A stretch of DNA of 64,000 nucleotides from Podarcis muralis (Eukaryota). Numbering within the stretch: position 1 is the first letter of the stretch; each line of letters starts with the position of its first letter. The notes under the pieces are model-generated. The model was not told where the DNA came from. It worked only from the letters and a program-made list of their open reading frames with translations, and searched no databases. The stretch lies in NCBI RefSeq assembly GCF_964188315.1, contig NC_135663.1, forward strand, positions 10,168,001-10,232,000. Direction: 5' to 3'. Of the stretch, positions 11,831 to 23,100 are shown piece by piece. The position numbers and the translations under genes were made by a program.

Positions 11831-14800
11831 CATCCACACAGGTCCAAGATACATATTAATCGATCCCAGTTAATAGCAATGCACTGTTCACTCAGCTCGA
11901 TAGACAGATAGATGTCTATTTATTTCTCCTTAGGAATCTGCTTTATGCTGAGTCAGACTTTTGGTCCATCTGGGTTAGTGTTGTCTACACTGACTGGCAG
12001 CGGCTTTCTAGGCAGCAGCCTCGCAACTCACCCTGCAGGGACCGAACCTGGGAATCAGCTACATCAGGGGTGGGGTTTGGTAATATGGCTCCCTGAACAA
12101 GACCAAGATTGGGCGCCCCTTCCCCCTAAATATTTACTTTCCACAATATTTCATTTTGGTACAGCTGCTTTTTAAATGGGTCTTCTAGGTACCCGTATAA
12201 ATATAAGTATTGTGCTCCCTGTCTGCTCCACACCACCCTAAATCTGGTGTTGTCTGCTTGCAAGGCAGCCGCTGAGCTATGGTGGCCCTTCCCTTAAAGA
12301 AAGAAAGAACAGACCTCCTGGATTTTTTCCCTGAGGCTTCTCACACAGACACCCTGCTTTAGCAACCGAAGGAGTGGTGGAAAGTGTGAAATGACAATGT
12401 TGTTGTTCTCTCCCTGCTCACACTGCTAGGACCTGGGTTCTCTAGTCTAGATGAAACCTGATTCAGAACAAGCAATGGTGTTGCTGCTCACGTTGTGAGA
12501 TCATTTCGTTGCCACAAGATGGAGACAGATGCCGACTTTTAGCTTTTCTAAAGGATAAAATATATGTTAGGGTGGAAGCAGCTAACATGATGCCTTCTAG
12601 ATGTTGGACTCCCATTTCCCATCAGCCTCAGCCGGAATGGCTAATGGTCAGGGATTATGGGAGTTTGAGTCCAACAACATCTGGAGGGTACCACACATTA
12701 GCAGCTCCTGCCATAGAAGGTAGGTTAATTGATGGATGCTGGCCACTGTTACTGAACAGTGGATGCTGGCCTTCAGTTACTGAAGCGTACATTGGAATAT
12801 CAAAAGATGGACCGCCACATGCGAATTTCCCCAGAATAATCTGCTAGTTGCCATCAGAAACAAAATCCTGGGCTTCATGGGTCTTTGATTAATCCAGAAA
12901 GGCAAGTCTTGACATTTTTACATCTTCAGGACTGCCAATGGATTAACAGAATCGATAAATAGACCAGTTTAAGCAAAGTCTGCAACCCTATACAAGTCTA
13001 TACATGGAATATACTTCCGAGTAGGCCTACATAGGCTTGTGCTGCTGGTAATATATTAAATCCAAACTAATTTGCATATTAATAAAAACAATTGGCTTGT
13101 ATGGAAATGAAAATTCTTTTTTCGTTTCTAGATAATTCATGTACCTGCGACAGCAGGGACTGCCTTAGTAATTAATGTAGAAGACAGGGTGCTTTTTCTG
13201 AGAGGACACCTTCCACCTACAGTTCTTGTAAGTTCAATAAACACTTCCATGAGTTTTGCAAGCACGTTTTTAGGCCATTAAAAGGCTTTTGATCACTGGT
13301 TAACTGAGTAAACACCACAGCCCCAAATGACATAGGAGGGTGTTAATAGGCAAGAATTGGTGCAGAGTCCGTGGCACCATTCACATAACAAAAACTACCA
13401 TAGAGATATCAAGTTTTTCAAAAGTAGCAAGTCCATGGCTTCACTTTTGAAAAAAAGGTCTGCAGTTCTTAGCTAATTGGGAACCACTGGTTTAGTCTAA
13501 CCTGCTTGATGCAAGAAGGCTTTCCCCTAACAGATGACTTTTCCTGTCCAGACTCTGCTTAAAGACTTCCAGCATGGGTGATCCCACCACCCCTCTAAGT
13601 AACGGGTTCTTTTGTTAACCTACTCTTACTGTCAAGTGGTTTCCTCCTAATATTGAAATGACACCTACCTGCCTATAGCTTAAGTCCATGAGATATAGTA
13701 GTGTCTTCTAGGGCACCAGAAAACAATTTTTTGCACTCTTCTATGACTGTGTGTGCATCACCCTTTACTCTGGCTCCAGTGTACTCCCATCACTGGTGTT
13801 TGAAACCATGTACATGTGATGTTAGCCACAATCCCATAGCTGTCCTGTAATTCTTGAGAAATCCTGCTGTTCAGTGCATTTCTCCATCCAATTTGAAAAA
13901 TGTCAGCCACATTCAATTTGCAGTTAAGCTGAGGTGTGTGCACTTGAGACAACTGTTGCGTATGCCCAGATGACAGTTTTGTGAACAGGAGTTGGAAAGG
14001 TTGCAGGTGTGGAAAAAGCAATCGTGCTTTGAGTGATGAAATCTGGGAAGGGGCGGCCTTGCTGCGCTTTAAGGTGCTAAAGCAGAGCTTTCCAAGCTTT
14101 TCATGCTGGTGACACACTTTTTAGACATTCATCATTTTGCAACACAGTCATTCAGTTTTATTCCCAAACCAGAGGTTAAACTAGCCCCTTTCAATGACAC
14201 ACCTACACACTGCAGCCAACACACTAATGTGTCATGACACACAATTTGGAAAGCTGTGTCCCAAAGTGTATTTGACCTAAGTGTCAGCCTTTCAGGAATT
14301 TGAAGTGCTGTCATGTCCCTCCTCTGTCTTCTCCAAGTTAAATACAACCAGTTCCTCCCACCTTTCCAGTTGTGCTTCTGGTACGGTTCCCTTTTTTATC
14401 TACTTGTGGAGGCTTTCAAGCTGCTTTTCAGGCTATCCTTCCACCTTAAGTTACCACAGTCAGTATGTTCTGCCAGGCTGGACTGCTGTTTCTTAGTGCC
14501 CTCTGTACATCATCAAGGCATTGTAATCACTCAGAGTGAAGTAATGGTGCTGAAAAGAACTCTTGCCTCTGAAACAAGCAGGCTGACCGATACCAAACCC
14601 AAGAGCCGTTCTATGCAAAATAAGTGCAGGTGCCAGTTTCTTCTTAAGAAAACCACAGAGCAGGTGCAGCAGGGCCAGTTGAACTGGAATTTAGAGTTGC
14701 AGCTCTCTGAAGGAAAGGAAATGCAACTATTAGGGCGTTTAACCAAGTAAAGATGCTTAAATCTTCAGATACCATGTATATAATTCAATAGCTTCATTAA

Positions 14801-15844
14801 AATGTGAATTGGCATATCTTTTTATTTGAAGGCGCTCAAGGTGGCATACGTGGTTCTCCATCCTCCTTGCTTAATCCCCACGACAACCCTCTGAGGCAGG
14901 TTACGCTGAGATGTAGTGACTAGCCGAAAGTCACCCAGGGAGCTTCATGGCTGAGCAGAGATTTGAACCCTCGTCTCCCACGCCCTGGTCTGAAACTCGA
15001 ACCCAGGGGTCAGCAAGGTTCATCTTGCCTGGGCTGGATCGGTCCCGCAGAGATCCCTCTGTGGGCCGGATCTCATGCATGCATGAGGCGCACCTGCGAT
15101 TTTTGACATCTGCATGTGCACACCCGCGATTTTCAGTGTCTGCGCATGCACAGACGCAATTTACAGCGCCACAGAAGCGAGTCCCCGTGCTGTGCTGCAC
15201 TGATTTAGTGCAGCAGGTGAGTGGGCAGCTCATTTCGGGGGCGGTTCATGGGCCGGTCAAATGACCTCTGCAGGCCACTTCTTAGAATACTCTAACCATT
15301 ACACCTGACATAGGACTCCTGCCAACCCCATAATGCAAGATGCTTTGGGACAGGCTGTGGTTACTCACTGGTGATCAATGGGCACTCTACACATGCTTCA
15401 AGCCCGAGGCATTGTCCTCCTCATGAAATAAGTTACAGTTAATTCTATTGACATAGTAGGTGTGAGTCCTGACACACAAATCAGGGGAACCCTTGGATAA
15501 ATTAAGTCCAGAGAGTGAATCAACTACCTTTGTAACTTTTTCCTGTTATTGATTTTCACCTACCGGTTTTGTCATCATGTACTTGGTGACTGAAAAAGTA
15601 ACTGAAACTCTTCCTGTGGTCATAAGGTGTGTATTTTTAACCATGTGCACAGAGGCTGGTATAAGGAGCTCTGCAGCTGGACTGTGGAAAGCAAAGAGCC
15701 ATGTGATCTAGAGGCAAGTGACTTCAGTAAAATAACTTTACTCTTTCAGGCACATGAGTTTGCTGGTTTGAAGGTGTGGATCTTGAGTTTGGGGGCAGAA
15801 TTAAACTGAAGTTAGGACCCGCATAATGTAAAAATACTGTATAT

Positions 15845-17035
15845 AGAATCACAGAATCTTAGAGCTGGAAGGGAACCCAAGGGTCATCTATTCCAACCCC
15901 CTGCAATGCAGGAATCTCAGCTCAAGCATCCATGACAAATGGCTATCCAACCTCTGTTTAAAAACCTCCAAGGACGGAGAGTCCACAACCTCTCATGGGA
16001 GACTGTTCCACTGCTAAACAGCTCTTACTGTCAGAAAGTTTTTCCAAATGTTTAGTTAGAATCTCCTTTCTTGCAACTTGAAGCCATTGGTTCAAGTCCT
16101 ACCCTCCAGAGCAGGAGAAAACAAGCATGTTCTCTCCACCATGTGACAGCCCTTGAGGTATTTGAAGATGTTTATCATATCTCCTCTCAGTCTCCTCTTT
16201 TCCAGGCTAAACATACCCAGCTCCTTCAAGCGCTCTTCATAAAGCTTAGTTTCCAACCCTTGATCATCTTGGTTGCCCTTTTCTGCATATGTTCCAGCTT
16301 GTCAACATCCTTCTTAAACTGTGGTGTCCAGAATTGGGCACAATATTCCAAGTGTGGTCTGACCAAGTCAGAATAGGTAAAAGTAAAGATACCCCTGCCC
16401 GTACGGGCCAGTCTTGCCAGACTCTAGGGTTGTGCGCTCATCTCACTCTATAGGCTGGGAGCCAGTGCTGTCCGGAGACACTTCCGGGTCACGTGGCCAG
16501 CGTGACAAGCTGCATCTGGCGAGCCAGAGCCGCACACGGAAACGCTGTTTACCTTCCCGCTAGTAAGCGGTCCCTATTTATCTACTTGCACCCGAAGGTG
16601 CTTTCGAACTGCTAAGTTGGCAGGCGCTGGGACCGAACGACGGGAGCGCACCCCGCCGTGGGGATTTGAACCGCCGACCTTTCGATCGGCAAGTCCTAGG
16701 CGCTGAGGCTTTAACCCACAGCGCCACCCACGTCCCCTCAGAATAGAGTGGTACTATTATTTCCCTTGATCTGGACACTATACTTCTGTTGATGCAGTCT
16801 AGAATAGCATTAGCTTTTTTGCTGCTGCACCACACTGTTGACTCGTGTTAAGCTTGTGGTCCACCAAGACCCCTAGATCCTTTTCACATGTACTGCTAGT
16901 AAGCCAGGTGTCCCCCATCCTATATTTGTGCATCTGGTTCTTTCTGCCTAAATGCAGAACCTTACATTTGTACCTATTGAAATTCATTTTGTTAGCTTCT
17001 CCAATCTGTTAAGGTCATTTTGAATTCTGATTCTG
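15845..17035 (-). mobile_element. Older CR1 LINE fragment interrupted by a Sauria SINE
   Basis: [14 protein letters not shown] and KKANAILDCINRSIVSRSRE peptides on either side of the SINE. Confidence 0.88.
16377..16737 (-). mobile_element. Sauria SINE inserted in CR1
   Basis: Full-length body; TSD TCAGAATAG (16368-16376 / 16738-16746). Confidence 0.9.
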
Positions 17036-17226
17036 TCTGTTCTTAAACCAAGGCATGCTTTCCCATAGCAGCGGGGGACTCAATTTCCAAATGGAACACA
17101 CTCAACAGGAAGTGAAACGTTCTTATTCCAAGGCAAAGTTCACAAACCAAAACACCTATTTCCTGGTTTGCAGCATTCTTAATCCAAGTTGTTCATAAGC
17201 TAAGCTGTTTTTAAACCAAGGTACCA

Positions 17227-17227
<1 letters not shown>

Positions 17228-17295
<68 letters not shown>
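17228..17295. repeat. Compound (GT)n(AT)n microsatellite
   Basis: Seen directly. Confidence 0.95.
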
Positions 17296-17297
<2 letters not shown>

Positions 17298-17971
17298 TTA
17301 TCTTGATTTCTTATTCTTCCGGTAAGTTTTGTCATTTCTGCATGTTCCATAAGTTATTGTATCCATTCTTCCTTTGCTGGGACTTCTGCCTTTTTCCACA
17401 AAGGTTAGAGTCTTGCCTGTTCCTAGTTTTGCCTTTGGCCAAACCAAGGAATGTTTGGCTCTGAAAGAATGTGAACTTTGGGGTGTAAAACATCCCCACC
17501 TTTTAGGGTCCCTACACATGAGCAGTCCCGCCACCGCATGAGTTTCAAGTTGCATTTGCATGTTGCTGTACATACCAGAGAGGGGATGCCTTATGCCCAA
17601 TGTACATTTCCTATTTAGTTTCCCCATGTCTGCAACACACACACCCTGAACACCTATCCATGAACCTGTCGTCTGCTCAAATATGCAGCTTAACTGCCAA
17701 GTGAATGTGGCTTATGTTTATAAATTAGACATGAGCTGGTTTGAGGGGGAAAGCATCAGGCAGGAGAATTTCTCAAGAAACTTCAGGATAGATGTGGATT
17801 GTGGCTAAGGTGAGCTGCAGAGAATCCGAAGTTAACAGTAACACAGCCGTCAAGGCCTGTTCCAATAGTTTGCTGCTGGGATAAGATGCCAAACATTGCT
17901 GACTCTGCCAACAGGAAAAGAGTCCCAGTGAGGTGGGGGGGGGGAATCCTAAATTAGCAGCCTGATTCTGG

Positions 17972-18746
17972 TTTGTTGTTGTTGTTGTTTAGTCGTTTAG
18001 TCGTGTCCGACTCTTCGTGACCCCCTGGACCAGAGCACGCCAGGCACTCCTGTCTTCCACTGCCTCCCACAGTTTGGTCAAACTCATGCTGGTAGCTTCA
18101 TGAACACTATCCAACCATCTCGTCCTCTGTCGTCCCCTTCTCCTTGTGCCCTCCATCTTTCCCAACATCAGGGTCTTTTCTAGGGAGTCTTCTCATGAGG
18201 TGGCCAAAGTCTTGGAGCCTCAGCTTCAGGATCTGTCCTTCCAGTGAGAACTCAGGGCTGATTTCCTTCAGAATGGATAGGTTTGATCTTCTTGCAGTCC
18301 ATGGGACTCTCAAGAGTCTCCTCCAGCACCATAATTCAAAAGCATCAATTCTTTGGCGATCAGCCTTCTTTATGGTCCAGCTTTCACTTCCATACATCAC
18401 TACTGGGAAAACCATAGCTTTAACTATATGGACCTTTGTTGGCAAGGTGATGTCTCTGCTTTTTAAGATGCTGTCTAGGCCTGTCATTGCCCTTCTCCCA
18501 AGAAGCAGGCGTCTTTTAATTTCGTGGCTGCTGTCACCATCTGCAGTGATCCTGGAGCCCAAGAAAGTAAAATCTCTCACTGCCTCCATTTCTTCCCCTT
18601 CTACTTGCCAGGAGGCCCAGTGGCCATGATCTTCGTTTTTTTGATGTTGAGCTTCAGACCATATTTTGCGCTCTCCTCTTTCACCCTCATTAAGAGGTTC
18701 TTTAATTCTTCCTCACTTTCTGATATCAAGGTTGTGTCATCTTGTG
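17972..18746 (-). mobile_element. BovB LINE fragment
   Basis: Reverse complement of the same RT 3' end, with a (TTG)n tail. Confidence 0.92.
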
Positions 18747-19444
18747 TCAAGGTTGTGATTCTGGTTACAAAACTTAAAATCCCCAGGCGAATAAATAATC
18801 CAAAAATGCTAAAGAGAGGCTGGTGAAGGGTATGGCTGGGGAGAGGGTGTGGCTTGGAGAGACTCTCAGGGGCCGGACAAAGTGTCCCAGGGGCCAGACA
18901 TTTGGCCCTCAGGCCTGAGATTCCCTAACCCTGATATAAAATATTTAGTCTGCCAGGAGTTGAGTGAAGCCAAATTCATTCTATACCACACAGCATCACC
19001 TTCTCAGAAGCATTTGTGACATCAGATCACTGCCAGACAATAATATTTTATTGATAGTTTCTTAACCCAGAGGCAAACAACCTAAGCATCGCACTTCTTA
19101 GAATACTCTTGCAGTCTAATCCGTTTTAGTTCTCTAATCTCCCTGCATATGTGTGTTTTATGTTTATATGTGTATTGCAAACCCAAGTTCAAAAAGAGAG
19201 AGAGAGAAATGTTGTAATCTTGCCCACCAGTAGAGTTTTCGAAGAACGGGGTTTTCCTCCCTGATTAGTAAACCACCATTAGTTTGTGGTTTCATTCTGT
19301 CCAGATGTGCTTTGCACCACCGTTAGCACAACTTGATTGCAATCTAGGCAGGCGTTTTTAGGAAACTCAGGCTGCCACCGCCACACAGACTGCTTTTTGG
19401 CAGAGAGGCACAACTCTGAGAGTGTTTGAAGGCAGGCAGAGAGA

Positions 19445-19508
19445 ATGAAGAACTACTGGATCCTCTGTGGAACCCTGGCTGTCTTTTGGGGAGCTGTTCT
19501 TGGAACAG
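19445..19508 (+). CDS. JCHAIN: JCHAIN exon 1 (signal peptide)
   Basis: MKNYWILCGTLAVFWGAVLGT resembles human MKNHLLFWGVLAVF; 64 nt; donor G|GTATGC. Confidence 0.9.
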
Positions 19509-20115
19509 GTATGCAACATTTGCCCACTGAAAGCAACTCAGATACAATGTTTTAAGCAAAGAAAGTGCTTTTGTGCCAGGAAGAATTGTCACTATTTTAA
19601 TTGGCTCTAAAATTCTTACCTAGAAGGTGGTACTGTATCTAGATTGAAAATTTTAAAAGTAAAAAGGATGCTTGTTTTATCCTACTGGGCTGCTCTGAAA
19701 TCAGGGTTATGGTAATCTACAATGTGCATTAGATATACTTACAATGTCAGAGCTGTGTTTTGAAATGGGGATCACCAGGTGTTCAGTAATGCTAAAGTAC
19801 CCATTTTTTCTGTTTTTGGGGTTGGCTTGAGTGATCCCTCCGAACCAGAAGTCCATTGCTTTCTATAATTCTCCCCTGGTCTCCTCGCTGGCCCAAACAG
19901 GACTAATTTAGCCAGCTAGCCCTGGTGATCATCTAATGTTTATTGGATGGATTTCCCCCCTAAATTGATTTTTGAATTCTGAATTTATTGTTATTCACGT
20001 TTTATACTGTATTTTATGCTGTTTTTTTGTTGCATCAATTAAGTGTTTTAAATTTGTTGTTAGCTGCCCTGAGCCCGGTTTTCTGAACCAGGAAGGGCGG
20101 GGTATAAATAAAAAT

Positions 20116-20147
<32 letters not shown>

Positions 20148-23100
20148 TGAATATTAATATGTCTTGGAGTTTGCATGCATTCCTGCCAATGTCCCTACCG
20201 ACCAGTGGTGTAGCGTGGGGGGTGCAGGGGGGGCTGGCCACACCGGGCGCAACATCTGGGGTTAGGGCAAATCCACAGGTTAGGGGGCGCAAATCCACGG
20301 GTTAGGGGGCGCAAATTACTTGCCTTGCCCCGGGTGCTGACAACCCACACTACGCCACTGCTACCGACTCTGCTCTAATGGTTGTAGTTGTTGTAGTTGA
20401 TGATGATGATGATGATGATGATGGCAGCTTCATGGTAGAAACCACTTATTAAATTCAGAAAGTAAGATGGAATTAAGGGGTTAAGATATGGGAAAGGGAA
20501 GGAATACAGACTGACAGATAAAAGAAAAAGAGTCCAGCATGGCCCCAGGGGTGACCCATAGTAATGTAGGAAAATGAGGAAGTGTAGTGGAGAGGATTGT
20601 GGCCAGTGCAGGATTGCTACTTTTTTCTGGCAGGGCTCCTGTGCTGTTTATGCTGGACGACAGCAGGGGAGGGAGGCTGAGGTCCATTGCGACTGGGTAG
20701 GGCAAAAGGCAGGGACCCCAAGCAGTGGGTGGCAAAAGTAGTGCAGTGGCAAAGTCAAACGTTCAGCTTCTCTTCATGACAGTCGCAGCCATGCCCCCTC
20801 ACAGCAGCGCCCCTTTTATTATAATACCACAATTGTATAATTGTGCAATAATAAAAGTAGGGGATGCATTGCAACAATTAATGCCCAGGGGAGCTGTGTC
20901 ACCAGCTGGAATAAAAAAATATTGGACCAGTGTTCTGATCCAGCGTAAATCAGCTTCATAAATTCAGATATTGATCAGATAGTCCAGGCTTTCCCAACCT
21001 GGTGCTCCCCAGAAGCCCTAACCAGCCCAAGCCTATAACCCAGGAATGAACTTGAGATACGTAGACCTCCGAGTCTGAAAATGCCACGTTGAAGCCTTGG
21101 GTTTCATCTTCCTCCCTAGCAGCCTAAATTTGGCTTCCAGGATCTTTCAGCTGCAAATCTCAGTATGACTCAGTAACCCACCCTTTGCATCTCATTATTA
21201 CGTTGTCGTCGTTTTTTCCGGGATGTGATAAAAGAGGTGCGCCCTAAACACCTGGCAGATCGGCACCAGGGAATGTTCTCGTTTTTCTTCCTCAGTCTAA
21301 AAAACCTTGTGTTTTATGGGCAGCTTATTATGGGCTGGATGAAGATGAAGAGAAGGTCCTGGTTGATAACAAGTGCCAGTGTGTGAAGGTGACATCGAAA
21401 TTCGTCCCTTCCAAAGACAACCCACAAGAGGAAGTACTGGAGAGAAACATCCGCATCATGTAAGTGGTACTTCGTATAAAGTTTCTCCTTTTCCTGAGGC
21501 ATATGCACAACAGTCAAAGCCATAACCCCCGAATGGGACGGAATAAATGCTGCATAGCCTTTCTATAATTTGGGGAGCGGGATTATCTCACTCTTCCTCT
21601 TCAAGCAGCTTCTGTGGTGAAGATGAAAGAGCAAGCAGGACACCAATACTGTACAGCCCTCTAGGATCTCCCTCTTCCGCCACCTCAATCACTTTGTCAG
21701 TTTCACAGGTGTAGCCCAGTTAAGTCTTTTTGCAACGAAAACCATGAAAAGTCTTGTGGCGCCAACAGATTTGTGGTGGGTGAACTCCCAAGATGCCAGA
21801 AGACTCTCTGGTGGTTCCTCACATCCAATCCTCCTTCGACTCTGAGAGAAGACCCTCTCACTACACATTCAACTACAGGCATCTCCCCATTTACATGGGG
21901 GTTACATTGCTGGGTACCACACATATACATGAAATTGTGTATAGTGGGGAACACAATCTTTAAAGCCTGTGAACAGCCTCCTTTCTCAAGCTCCAACTCT
22001 CCACAGGCCTCAGAGGTCAGTGCAAAGGCTCCCTCCTGGAATTGCTAGCCATTAGCCAACTCTTTCCCCACCATTTTTGCAGTTTTCCTGCTTTTTCCAC
22101 TCCCCATTTGCCATTTAAACAGATTTATTTATTTCCCGGCACCACACTGTAACGTGTAAGTGGAGAAATGCCTGTACTGCACTTGACCTCTGCTATCAGC
22201 AGCCATAAAACCCTTCCAATGGCTTGACAACATCATACAGATGACAAAGCTGCTGCAGAGAGAGAGAGAGCTCACTCATCTGCACGGGCTCACTGATTGT
22301 TGTTGTTGTTGTTGTTGTTTAGTCGTTTAGTCGTGTCTGACTCTTCATGGAGCAGAGCACGCCAGGCACTGCCTCCCGCAGTTTGGTCAAACTCATGCTG
22401 GTAGCTTCGAGAACACTGTCCAACCATCTTGTCCTCTGTTGTCCCCTTCTCCTTGTGCCCTCCATCTTTCTGTGACCCTTGCTAGTGTTTTTATCTTGCC
22501 ACGGCCACAAGGGGAGAGAACTTGTCAGTCCGCAGCAATGACGGTTGTGTTTCCATTCCTGCATTTCATTTGAACAATCTGGCTTGTAACTTTCTCTTCC
22601 TCTTTGCCTTCTCCAGAGTTCCCCTGATGACCAGAGAGAACATCTCTGACCCCACCTCGCCAGTGAGAACCAAATTTGTCTACAACTTCTCCAAGCTGTA
22701 AGGGCTTCCCTTGATTGCACTTATCTCAATAAGCTTAAGTAGCGCTAAAAGAGTTGAGGCCACTGTAAAGTGTATTATATTGCAACAAAGCATATAACTG
22801 AGATGGCACCAACTGTGCCTTGCGCCAACTCAGCTATATTGGCTTTGGGTCATATCCAGAATGTAGCACTAAGTAGCCCTTTCCATCAGCCCTGGACACA
22901 CCTCCCACACTTGCCTTGGGCAGAAAGGGCAGAATCCATCAATGCAGGGTTTCCCAAACTTGGATTTCCAGCTGTTTTTCAGACTACAATTCACATCATC
23001 CCTGACCACTGATCCTCCTAGCTAGGGATGATGGGAGTTGTAGTCCAAAAACTCCCAGCCGACTGCACTGGCTACCAATTAGTTTCTGGGTCCAATTCAA

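Noticed and set aside
19260-19440. Inverted RUNX-like sites (AAACCAC...GTGGTTT) in the JCHAIN proximal promoter
   Set aside because: Short motifs with no supporting TATA, MEF2 or PU.1 arrangement that I could confirm; too weak to call.
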